NCBI GenBank assembly: GCA_965263105.1
Contig: CBDHGL010000006.1
Location: 143,196 to 207,195 of the forward strand
DNA from: Bacteroidia bacterium
Lineage (GTDB): Bacteria > Bacteroidota > Bacteroidia > J057
Direction of reading: 5' to 3'
DNA length: 64,000 nt
This document shows, one piece after another, positions 1 through 8,229 of this stretch; the first letter of the stretch is position 1, and each line of letters starts with the position of its first letter. The notes under the pieces are model-generated. The model was not told where the DNA came from. It saw nothing but the letters and a program-made list of their open reading frames with translations, and did not search any database. The position numbers and the translations under genes are program-made.

Positions 1-271
1 GATTAAAAAGAAATAAGAAGGTACAGAGCCTCCCAATTCCATGGTTTACCTTGGCATTTTGTGGATAAACAGCTCCATGCATCGCATCATGGGCGGTGAT
101 GAATAGGCCTGTAAAAAGATGGGCTTGGATAAGTATACGTAGATAGGTCCACGGAGATTGCCAGGATATTGGACCGATAAAATTATACACCAAAAAGCAT
201 GTCCAACATAGAATCACGATCAAGGCCACAAAAACCCCTTGGTAGGTAACTTTCTTTAGAACAACATCCAT
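1..271 (-). CDS. CrtW-type beta-carotene ketolase / fatty-acid-desaturase-family membrane protein, N-terminal part only (runs off window edge)
   Basis: Hand translation of the minus strand from the ATG at 271..269 gives MDVVLKKVTYQGVFVALIVILCWTCFLVYNF...LFTGLFITAHDAMHGAVYPQNAKVNHGIG. The FI(T/I)AHDAMHG histidine box followed by V.P...N...G is the first His motif of CrtW ketolases. The ORF is absent from the ORF track because it has no stop codon inside the window. Confidence 0.6.
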   Translation of the reverse strand, partial: MDVVLKKVTYQGVFVALIVILCWTCFLVYNFIGPISWQSPWTYLRILIQAHLFTGLFITAHDAMHGAVYPQNAKVNHGIGRLCTFLFLFN

Positions 272-327
272 ATGCCAAAGAAACCATCTTTTTCACAGAA
301 AAGTTTCCCTAATCTTCCAAGATGCCG

Positions 328-335
328 TATATTTG
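328..335 (+). promoter_or_regulatory. Candidate Bacteroidota sigma-A -7 box (TATATTTG = TAnnTTTG) 12 nt upstream of tRNA-Leu
   Basis: There is an exact TAnnTTTG match at 328-335 and the tRNA 5' end is at 347. No clean TTG -33 element was seen. Confidence 0.4.
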
Positions 336-346
336 ACGTCCCAATT

Positions 347-430
347 GCGGATGTGGCGGAATTGGTAGACGCGCTAGATTCAGGTTCTAGTGGGGGCAAC
401 CCCGTGGAGGTTCGAGTCCTCTCATCCGTA
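347..430 (+). tRNA. tRNA-Leu (anticodon CAG), class II with long variable arm
   Basis: The cloverleaf was folded by hand. The acceptor stem is GCGGATG/CATCCGT (G1-U72). The anticodon stem is CTAGA/TCTAG with loop TTCAGGT, giving anticodon CAG. The variable arm is GGGGCAACCCC. The T arm is GGAGG-TTCGAGT-CCTCT and the discriminator is A. No CCA is encoded. Confidence 0.9.
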
Positions 431-440
431 CGCTAAAAAA

Positions 441-480
441 CCGAGGCTTTTTCAAAAACTGAAAAAGCCTCGGTTTTGTT
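441..480 (+). terminator. Rho-independent terminator after tRNA-Leu
   Basis: A 12-bp stem pairs CCGAGGCTTTTT (441-452) with AAAAAGCCTCGG (462-473). It is followed by TTTTGTTT. Confidence 0.8.
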
Positions 481-539
481 TGAGAAACTCTTGGAGAAAT
501 GTGTATAAATTATTAAATTTATGTGTATAAAGCAGACAT

Positions 540-734
540 ATGAGAACCAATATCGTTATAGACGAAACTTTAATGGAAAGGGCAATAGAATTAAGCGGCC
601 TAAAAACAAAAAAAGCCGTGGTTCATGAAGCTTTAACCTTATATGTTCAGCTGCTAAATCAAAGGAAATTAGCCCAACTCAAAGGAAAACTGAAATGGGA
701 GGGAAACCTTGAAGAAATGAGAACAAATTTATGA
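540..734 (+). CDS. vapB: Type II antitoxin, VapB family
   Basis: The 64-aa product MRTNIVIDETLMERAIELSGLKTKKAVVHEAL... is a typical VapB N-terminus. Its stop overlaps the downstream PIN gene start by 4 nt (ATGA). Confidence 0.8.
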   Translation: MRTNIVIDETLMERAIELSGLKTKKAVVHEALTLYVQLLNQRKLAQLKGKLKWEGNLEEMRTNL

Positions 735-1120
735 CCATCGTAGACTCATCAGTTTGGATAGATTTTTTTAATGGTAAAGAGACTCCGCAAACGGAAAAAT
801 TGGAAAAACTCCTTTATACGGAGCCCATTAGCATTGGGGATATTATCCTGACTGAAGTTCTTCAAGGCTTTAACTCAGATCCGGCGTTTGAAACGGCCAA
901 AAACTATCTCACCCAGCTTCCCTGTCACACTTTGCTCAACCCGGTTTTCGCAATTTTGAGTGCTATTAACTATAGAAAACTGAGAAAAAAAGGGATTACC
1001 ATTCGAAAGACCATTGATATGATAATTGCTACTTTTTGCATCGAAAATGGATATACCCTTCTTCACTCAGACCGGGACTTTGACCTTATCCAGGAGCACC
1101 TAGGACTTAAGGTCTATTAA
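731..1120 (+). CDS. vapC: Type II toxin, VapC PIN-domain ribonuclease
   Basis: The 129-aa product has the PIN acidic residues in the expected context: IVDSSVWID, TEVLQG, IDMIIA and SDRDF. It is translationally coupled to vapB. Confidence 0.8.
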   Translation: MTIVDSSVWIDFFNGKETPQTEKLEKLLYTEPISIGDIILTEVLQGFNSDPAFETAKNYLTQLPCHTLLNPVFAILSAINYRKLRKKGITIRKTIDMIIATFCIENGYTLLHSDRDFDLIQEHLGLKVY

Positions 1121-1560
1121 TTCCTAGCTATGGGGCTCTCCGTTTCCTGGATATTTTCAGGACAGATCACCTCATAGTTTCTTTTGGCTCTGGGTAAGAC
1201 GGTCAACCTAAAACGCACGGGAATAGCTGTCCAGGAACTTACATTTTGGCCCTTATTGACCGCAGGTTGAAATTGTAAACACGCTATATAGGGATCAACA
1301 GCTTGGCTAAGAAGAGGATGCGCACTTCTTACAATCTTGTGCTGAACGTAACTCCCCCGTTCATCAACCTGAATTTGAACTTGAACCAAGCCCTCTATCC
1401 CGCTTCGCTGCGCGGAAGCGGGATAGCTAATCTGTCCTAAAAACTGCGTGTAATTCAAGGGCTGGGGTGCTTGATCAAGGGGCGTGAAGTTTGCTTGGGA
1501 AAAAACAGCGTTTAAAGAGAAAAGAATGAGCAAAAAAATGACTGTGGGAAAAGTTTTCAT
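1117..1560 (-). CDS. Secreted TonB C-terminal-domain protein
   Basis: There is an N-terminal signal peptide (MKTFPTVIFLLILFSLNAVFSQ). The TonB_C-like core is YPASAQRSGIEGLVQVQIQVDERG...P...A. No proline-rich or TM TonB N-terminal part is present. Confidence 0.6.
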   Translation of the reverse strand: MKTFPTVIFLLILFSLNAVFSQANFTPLDQAPQPLNYTQFLGQISYPASAQRSGIEGLVQVQIQVDERGSYVQHKIVRSAHPLLSQAVDPYIACLQFQPAVNKGQNVSSWTAIPVRFRLTVLPRAKRNYEVICPENIQETESPIARN

Positions 1561-1625
1561 AGAGAAATTTGTTAAGTATTACTAACGATAAGAGGACGAA
1601 ATTTCTCTGTTGTACTTCTGTTTTT

Positions 1626-1689
1626 CGTCTTATCCGGGTAGATGAGACCTCAAAACGAGGACGTGAGACCTATCCGGGAAATTGAGACG
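1626..1689. promoter_or_regulatory. Cluster of short direct repeats (operator-like) upstream of the TonB-C gene
   Basis: TATCCGGG-N5-GAGAC occurs twice, at 1631-1648 and 1671-1688 (15/18 identical, 40 bp apart). GAGAC(C) occurs at 1644, 1665 and 1684. GAGGACG occurs at 1592 and 1657. CGTCT (1626) and AGACG (1685) flank the cluster as inverted 5-mers. Confidence 0.4.
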
Positions 1690-1739
1690 AACAAAAAGTC
1701 TCTTTTGTAGATCAAACAGAAAACTCTATGCGAGGGAAT

Positions 1740-2912
1740 TTACCCTAGGGAGTGCCTATGATTGGAGGAATATCCATTTTGGATATGGAGGCCTTGGAAG
1801 GCCGAAGGCGTTTTCCCTGTATGGTTCTTAAAGATCCGGTTGAGAGAGGCCTTGGAGTTAAATCCACTTTCTAGTCCCAAGGCCAGAATGGTATACTGGG
1901 CGTTGGCAGGATCCTTCAATAGCTCCTTCAGGTGCTCGACTCGATAGCCGTTTACAAAATCGTAGAATGTCTGTCCCGTCTTGAGATTCAAGGTCTGAGA
2001 AAGGATATGGGGGGTAACTTTGAGTTCGTTGGCAAGATCCTGGACACACAGCTTGGGCTGAAGGTAAATTTCTTGGTCTTCAAATAAGGATAAAAGAGCT
2101 TCATAAATATTATTCATTTCTTCTTCCTTCAAGGAAGAATGCTCATATTTTGCTGTTTTACTTTCTTCAGGTTCCTCAGCCAAACTATCCTCTGCGAGTT
2201 GGGCATATTTAAAGAATTCCCAAGAATATTGCCGTATCCCTTTATAGCAGCACAGACATACTCCGACCACCATACAAATACTCACAAACAAATGGGTATA
2301 GGCTAAACTTCCCGTTAAAATTCCCACCGCAAATAAACCGTATGCGACCATGGTAATACTGATAATCGCAAAATATATCCAGGTAAAATGCCACAACCAT
2401 TTCAATTGGAATGGATCAATATAGGATAAGCGATCTTTCAAAGACTCCTGATATTTGTTTATCCTAATGAGTACGGGAACTAAAATGGCAAGAGAATATA
2501 CTTGATAACCGATTTTCGTCAGAATATAGAAGGTATTGGGAAAATGGCATAATTCATCCAGGCGACTAAGGCTATATCCATTTACCCATTGGTCTCTAAA
2601 AACAAGGAGGGACGCCAAAATAGCCGGTACGAAATACAGAATATCCTTTGGCTTGAACTTCCTTTTCGGAGAAAAAAGAAATTGGATATAGAGGGCAAAA
2701 ATGGAAATGAGAAGATAAGGAATGAGAATATAGACAAAGAAACTCCAGGCGAGAACAGCCTCTCGAAGTTGAATATCGGTCAGTAGCATGATGGCTATCA
2801 AAACTTCCAAGGCCAGTAGGAGGTAATCTGAAGTTCTTTTTGACTTTTTTTGGAGTATAAGAAGTCCAAAAACACTCAAAAGGGTAAGTCCAATTATATT
2901 TATATAAAGCAC
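1740..2912 (-). CDS. Membrane-anchored AraC-family transcriptional regulator
   Basis: The N-terminal ~230 aa contain multiple hydrophobic helices. The C-terminus is an AraC HTH: VQDLANELKVTPHILSQTLN...GYRVEHLKELL...ILALGLESGFNSKASLNRIFKNHTGKTPSAF. Confidence 0.75.
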   Translation of the reverse strand: MLYINIIGLTLLSVFGLLILQKKSKRTSDYLLLALEVLIAIMLLTDIQLREAVLAWSFFVYILIPYLLISIFALYIQFLFSPKRKFKPKDILYFVPAILASLLVFRDQWVNGYSLSRLDELCHFPNTFYILTKIGYQVYSLAILVPVLIRINKYQESLKDRLSYIDPFQLKWLWHFTWIYFAIISITMVAYGLFAVGILTGSLAYTHLFVSICMVVGVCLCCYKGIRQYSWEFFKYAQLAEDSLAEEPEESKTAKYEHSSLKEEEMNNIYEALLSLFEDQEIYLQPKLCVQDLANELKVTPHILSQTLNLKTGQTFYDFVNGYRVEHLKELLKDPANAQYTILALGLESGFNSKASLNRIFKNHTGKTPSAFQGLHIQNGYSSNHRHSLG

Positions 2913-2973
2913 TATGATAGGGGTAAGGAGTTCATTTTATTTAACGTAGAAATCGAATTCAGGTTGAGTTACT

Positions 2974-3813
2974 TCACTTTTTCGGAAGAAGTAAAGTAGC
3001 TCCAATAATCATGAGTCCTCCGACTACCATATTGGGTGTCAGAGGCTCTTTCATCAAGAAGACACTGAAACACAAGGCACTTACGATTTCTATATAAGCT
3101 AAGAGGGATACTTTTGAAGCAGGTAAATGCTTGAGTCCAAAAAAGAAAAAGAAAAATCCTACCATTCCCAATAAGATGGCATGGGTAGAGCCAATAAAAA
3201 GGTCTTGAGTCGAAGGCCAGGGGTCAAAGGCTAAAAACCAAGTAAAGAAGATGAGAGCAGCAATGAGGTTTTGGTAAAAGATCATCTCAGCTGGACTATA
3301 AGAGCTTACTCCTTTTTTAAAAATCACTACGGTTATGGCATAAAAAGTAGCAGAGCCCAGGGCTGCGGCCATACCAACAAAGTCTTCATTCTCAAAATTT
3401 AGCTCCTTATTGGAGAACACGATAAGTATCCCCAAAAATGCTAAGGCAAGAAGAGCTACTGTTTTCCGCGAAACGTATTCTTTAAGAAAAATAGCACTAA
3501 AGATGGTTACAGAGATCGGCCAGGTATATAAGATCAAAACGACATTGGCAATACTAGCATAGATAAAAGCCACAAAAAATAAATACATTCTGAGGACATT
3601 TATAGCAGATGCTATCAGCATGAGTCGATAGTTTTCGCGAAAAAGAGGCTTGCCTTGAAATAGCAGGTAGGAGCCTAATATCCCCACTGGGAGGAATGTG
3701 CGGATGGCACTCATGGACGTTGCAGGCATTTCCATGAATTTGACAAAAACCCCGCTTCCTCCCGCAAGTGTGGCTGCAATCAAAACTGCCAGCATGGCCT
3801 TGGTCTCCTTCAT
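2974..3813 (-). CDS. EamA/DMT-family transporter
   Basis: The 279-aa product is a ~10-TM hydrophobic protein with two EamA-like halves. Confidence 0.65.
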   Translation of the reverse strand: MKETKAMLAVLIAATLAGGSGVFVKFMEMPATSMSAIRTFLPVGILGSYLLFQGKPLFRENYRLMLIASAINVLRMYLFFVAFIYASIANVVLILYTWPISVTIFSAIFLKEYVSRKTVALLALAFLGILIVFSNKELNFENEDFVGMAAALGSATFYAITVVIFKKGVSSYSPAEMIFYQNLIAALIFFTWFLAFDPWPSTQDLFIGSTHAILLGMVGFFFFFFGLKHLPASKVSLLAYIEIVSALCFSVFLMKEPLTPNMVVGGLMIIGATLLLPKK

Positions 3814-3841
3814 TGGAAAGCGAAGGTAGCATTTTGTGCAT

Positions 3842-3872
3842 AAAAAAACAGGTACGCTACAAACGTACCTGT
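3842..3872 (-). terminator. Rho-independent terminator downstream of the DUF2911 gene
   Basis: A 9-bp stem pairs ACAGGTACG (3848-3856) with CGTACCTGT (3864-3872). The A7 run at 3842-3848 is a U-tract on the minus strand. Confidence 0.7.
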
Positions 3873-3917
3873 CGATTATTCTAAGGCCATACGACCAATG
3901 ACTGAAACAAGGCTTTC

Positions 3918-4448
3918 TTAGAATTTTACGGGAACTTCCACCATTGTGTTGTCCCAGGCAGCAACCAAATGTGCCCCACCATCTACTTCTTTGAACATAA
4001 GGGTAAAAGCTTCTACGGCACTCTCTGTAGACCCAACAGGAACACTAAAGGAGGCGACATTCTTGCTAGCGTCCATGCGATAGGCTCCCCACTGATCCGC
4101 CTGGCTATTGAGCGTAAACTCCCACTCTTTTTCACCGGGAGTAGCAAAAAGTGCGTATTCTCCAGCTGCCACTTTTTCTCCACCAACCGTAGCGTCTTTG
4201 TACAATTTTAGGATCGTGGCCTCATTGGCTCCCAAGCGCCATACTTTTCCATAAGGGATAAGTTTTCCAAATATTTCACGGCCATTCTTTTGGGGGCGGC
4301 TGTAGATGACACGGGCCATCACGCCGTCATCCGTTCTGAAATAAGCCAGATCTGCAGGACTTTTGTCCATTCCTGGCATTTTTTGTGCGAGTCCCTCAGT
4401 AGCAAATAGTACCAAAAAACTAAGGATAAGAGTGAATACACTTCTCAT
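3918..4448 (-). CDS. DUF2911-family secreted protein
   Basis: A signal peptide is followed by SPADLAYF...VIYSRPQKNGREIFGKLIPYGKVWRLGANEAT. This is the characteristic DUF2911 core. Confidence 0.6.
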   Translation of the reverse strand: MRSVFTLILSFLVLFATEGLAQKMPGMDKSPADLAYFRTDDGVMARVIYSRPQKNGREIFGKLIPYGKVWRLGANEATILKLYKDATVGGEKVAAGEYALFATPGEKEWEFTLNSQADQWGAYRMDASKNVASFSVPVGSTESAVEAFTLMFKEVDGGAHLVAAWDNTMVEVPVKF

Positions 4449-4672
4449 AATAGGATAATTTTTTTTGAAGTAATAATAGTTTCAATTACGTTTCTAAGAA
4501 CGGTAGGCACAGAAAGATGTTTTAGATTTCTTGAAAATCTTTTTTGAGGAAGGATCTCTGTCGGATAGGAGACAAGAAAGACAGTGGTATTCCAGGAGAA
4601 TAGATAAAGAGCTACCATACTTACCGATCTATATTTAAGTAGGTGGACAAAGGTTTCCCCTTCCCTTTTTAT

Positions 4673-4708
4673 CGCCGCCGAGGTATCCAAGTTGATACCT
4701 CGGCGGCG
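4673..4708. terminator. Perfect 15-bp GC-rich hairpin (terminator-like, no U-tract)
   Basis: CGCCGCCGAGGTATC (4673-4687) pairs perfectly with GATACCTCGGCGGCG (4694-4708) around a 6-nt loop. It lies ~110 nt downstream of the stop of the minus-strand OMP gene. Confidence 0.45.
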
Positions 4709-4817
4709 GAATATGGGGGCATTATGAATCTACCCATATGCTACCCCTACAGGGTAAATTTTTGTTTCATTGAAAAAATACCCACTTCCCTTTTTCCAAC
4801 TATTAAAGGGGTATTTC

Positions 4818-7800
4818 TTAGAAATTCTTACCAAATGAGGCATGCAACATTGGCTTCTGTAGGGTATTATCTTCTATCCCCCAGGCCATATCCAGACGGA
4901 CGGAGTAGCCAATAAGGTTGGCCCGAAGCCCAGTACCCACCGTGAATATAAAAGGACTTTTTAGGGTCTTTAATTCAACTGTTACAGGAGCTGAGCCAAT
5001 GATACGGGTATCCGTGGGGTTCTTCTGTGTGAAAGGATTTCCCTCAGACCAAATGGTACCCGCGTCAAAGAAGGGAATAAAATCCACATTGAATAGGGGT
5101 CCAGAATTCAGGGAAGTCGTAAGCAGGCGGGAGACGGGTAGCCTCAACTCAAAATTGCCTAAAACATATTTGTTTCCCACACGGGAGTTGAACCAAAAGC
5201 CTCTAATGGGAGTGATAAAATCCTGGAAATGGAAGCCATACAAGTCTAGGTTAATCGGATTTCCCGTGATCGTCAGGTCTCTACTCTTTTCAAAGGAGAG
5301 GGTGAGAAAACGATCGTCTAATCCTCCCAAATAGTAATTACAACCAGAGGACGCTATGTTTCCTCCATCGGGGGTAAAGCTACAGGCATCCTCTTCATCA
5401 AATAAATTCAACGCTGCCTGAATTCGAGTAGCAAATACGATTTTATTTTTTAAGGGCAGATAATGACGCAATTCCATTTTGGCGATATTCAACTGAAAAG
5501 CCGAGGAGTCCATGGAAAAGTAATTGTCAAATCCGACAGAAGCGGCAAGGCCTTTAATCGGATAGCCCTCCACCATTTCAGTATTATCAAAGTACAAATT
5601 GATGCTTCCTCTCAACGCATTTTCCTGGGCGTCGACAAGTTCTTGTCTGAGTAACTTTTGGTCGGTGCGATCTAGACGATAATATCCGGCAGAGGCTTCA
5701 ATACCAATTTGTGAAGTAATTGGATACCTGGCTCCCAGTTTTCCATATACTCTATCAAAACGAAAGGCAAGGGAATCTTGCGGGAAGAAAATACTTTCTT
5801 GACGGTATCTCCTACTCCAGGTGCCCACTTCTGCATAGAAATCAACTTTGTGCTTTAGGTAGCTATAGCGAATTTCACCATCCCAGTTTTTGAGGTTGAG
5901 AAAGGGTTGCACACGCATATCTAGTCTGTGGTTTCGTAGCTGATCTGCAAAACTCACATTCATTTGTAAACCAAATTTACTGATAGGATCATAGGTAAGC
6001 CCCCAACCTGCTCGGAGAGCCCCCCACTTCGAACGGGAGAGTGTACCATCTTGAACAACAATATCCTGCAAAGAAGGGAGTTCTCTCTGGGAAAAGAGGG
6101 TATTATCTCTACGGTTTCTTCTAGTCGAAGGAATTTGTGGTTTACTTACCTCATATTGATCACCCTCGTCAAATAAATAGTATCTCACACCAGCGGTTTC
6201 TCCAGAATCTTTAGCGGTTTCTACTTGCTTTTCATCACGCTTGCTTTCTTTTGGAGAAGGGATTGCCTTGGTTTCCTCTCGTTTTTCGCGCGCTTTGGTT
6301 CTAAATTTCAGGTCATAGTTTTCTCTAAGCAGGGTAATTTCGGGTACCTTATCAGCGCTTATATTGGAAAGAGGAATCTGAAATAACTGTTCTTTACCAA
6401 CTTCTGGAGTAGCAAAGAAGCCTACATTTTCTCCTCCATCCCACGTATAAATGCCCTTATTTAAGTTAGTAAGCGTTTTAAATTCCCTGCGAAATATATT
6501 GAGCTGGTAAAAATTCCTTATTCCAGATTGATCAGAGAGATAACCTATTTCAAAGCCACTAATAGGTTTGGGAAACAATTCGTCTGCCGTCTCAGAATTG
6601 GTTAGGCGCGTAGGGGCTTTAGAAGGATTCGTAAGGTCCAACATAAATATATCAAAATGCGCAGATAACAATTTATCGGGAATGACTGCTGGATCAATTT
6701 TCTTGCCTGCAGGAGGCTGGTTAGAAGCGTAAAATAAATACCTGTCATCCAAGCTCACCGCAGGATGAATATTATCGAATTCATCTTCGATTACGGGGTT
6801 TAGAGTTTCATTGGAAATACTATAGGTATATAAGCCCGTACCCTCGTTATTAACACCGGATAGAACTAAATAGTCTTCATCTTGCATCCAGCTAATCCCC
6901 GATACCCAGCGGAGGGGTGAGGGAAGTTCCGTCCGTGTCAACTCTTTCTCTTCAAGGCTATAAACCATCATATAGGCTTTATGTCCTTTGTACTGTAGGG
7001 TAGCGATAGCCGTGCCAGAAGTATTCCAACTTATAGGTAACACAAAGGAGAGTCGCTCCGTAGAGGAAGCAATATATCCAGACTGTATAGGCAAAGAGGT
7101 CCAACTATCTCCTGCAATATCATAAATGAATACCTGGTGCTGACCTTCCTTCTGTAGTTGTAAGGCCAGAAGGTTCTGCCCTTCGTGATAGTCATAGCCG
7201 GTCAAGAGATACCCCTTCTTCAAGGGAATAGGTTGCTCCTTCGAACTAACAGTTTTAAAATCTCCCCTTCCGGAAGCATTTAGGTCGCTGAGATCTTTTA
7301 AGAACTCTCTCCAGCGTTCTGAAAAGGTAGGGAGTTGAATTCCTAGAACTGAGATAATCCCTGATTCAATCGAGTTAGAAACGTTTACGAGGTAGATAAT
7401 TTCGGAAATTTTTTCTTCTCCATATTCCGAAACGATGTATTGCCAGACAGATTTGCGCAAAATGCGATTGATCAAGCCTTCCCCATCCAAGGCAGGTTCC
7501 AATACATCTTCATTCCTCATACTGCTAATCCACATCTCATCTTCGAAGGTCCAGCCTGTCGAAACAAACTCGGATAAGCCTTGCCAAAACCAGGTAGGGT
7601 TGTTGAGCAATATCTGGCTTTGGATGACCGAACTCAGACGATTGCCAAAGGCGAATTCTTCCAAGATGAGATCTGACACCTTCCGCTTAACCTCTTGATA
7701 TAGCCCACGACTATCTCCGGGATGCACTATGTACTCTCTTCGCTCTGGCATCCGGTAGGACCCGGGATCATTCGACATCCGCTCCAAGGGAATATTGGAG

Positions 7801-8087
7801 GACATGAGTTCAAAAGAATGATTGAAATAGACAAGTGAATAGCGAAGATCCGCCCGATAATCGTACAAATCCGTCAGTTCAACCCGGGCCCGCTCCGCAT
7901 ATTGACCAACCTTAATCGCGTGAGACTCATTACCTGGGATGAAATACACATCGAAAAAGTCAGTACTTACGTATTCCCAGCCTTTAAAATTTTCCGTAGG
8001 ATTAGGAACCTGTGCATAGACTTCTCCCCCCAGAATCAGTAAACAGAGTCCGGCAAAGCAGGTAAAAACTTTTTTCATCATCCCCAT
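4818..8087 (-). CDS. Large outer-membrane protein: N-terminal MA-peptidase-like (degenerate) region, TolB/PD40-like beta-propeller, C-terminal Omp85/BamA-type barrel
   Basis: The 1089-aa product has a signal peptide (MGMMKKVFTCFAGLCLLILGGEVYAQ). PD40-like stretches are present (YLFYASNQ, LSDQSG). The C-terminal ~350 aa show alternating beta-strand patterns and end in ...ASFGKNF, an aromatic terminal residue typical of OMP barrels. Confidence 0.55.
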   Translation of the reverse strand: MGMMKKVFTCFAGLCLLILGGEVYAQVPNPTENFKGWEYVSTDFFDVYFIPGNESHAIKVGQYAERARVELTDLYDYRADLRYSLVYFNHSFELMSSNIPLERMSNDPGSYRMPERREYIVHPGDSRGLYQEVKRKVSDLILEEFAFGNRLSSVIQSQILLNNPTWFWQGLSEFVSTGWTFEDEMWISSMRNEDVLEPALDGEGLINRILRKSVWQYIVSEYGEEKISEIIYLVNVSNSIESGIISVLGIQLPTFSERWREFLKDLSDLNASGRGDFKTVSSKEQPIPLKKGYLLTGYDYHEGQNLLALQLQKEGQHQVFIYDIAGDSWTSLPIQSGYIASSTERLSFVLPISWNTSGTAIATLQYKGHKAYMMVYSLEEKELTRTELPSPLRWVSGISWMQDEDYLVLSGVNNEGTGLYTYSISNETLNPVIEDEFDNIHPAVSLDDRYLFYASNQPPAGKKIDPAVIPDKLLSAHFDIFMLDLTNPSKAPTRLTNSETADELFPKPISGFEIGYLSDQSGIRNFYQLNIFRREFKTLTNLNKGIYTWDGGENVGFFATPEVGKEQLFQIPLSNISADKVPEITLLRENYDLKFRTKAREKREETKAIPSPKESKRDEKQVETAKDSGETAGVRYYLFDEGDQYEVSKPQIPSTRRNRRDNTLFSQRELPSLQDIVVQDGTLSRSKWGALRAGWGLTYDPISKFGLQMNVSFADQLRNHRLDMRVQPFLNLKNWDGEIRYSYLKHKVDFYAEVGTWSRRYRQESIFFPQDSLAFRFDRVYGKLGARYPITSQIGIEASAGYYRLDRTDQKLLRQELVDAQENALRGSINLYFDNTEMVEGYPIKGLAASVGFDNYFSMDSSAFQLNIAKMELRHYLPLKNKIVFATRIQAALNLFDEEDACSFTPDGGNIASSGCNYYLGGLDDRFLTLSFEKSRDLTITGNPINLDLYGFHFQDFITPIRGFWFNSRVGNKYVLGNFELRLPVSRLLTTSLNSGPLFNVDFIPFFDAGTIWSEGNPFTQKNPTDTRIIGSAPVTVELKTLKSPFIFTVGTGLRANLIGYSVRLDMAWGIEDNTLQKPMLHASFGKNF

Positions 8088-8229
8088 ATTTATTATAGTA
8101 ATGCTTCTCCCTTAGATTTGTAATGTTAGCTTTCCCAGGAGTTACCCTCCAGAAATTTCCTTTTGTATTAAATTACAAATAAAAACGATACGGAATACCC
8201 TATTTAACTGAATTGATGGAGAGGAAGTT

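Noticed and set aside
4918-5334. 138-aa plus-strand ORF within the giant OMP gene
   Set aside because: It is antisense to the Omp85-like barrel region and has no signal, motif or independent regulatory features.
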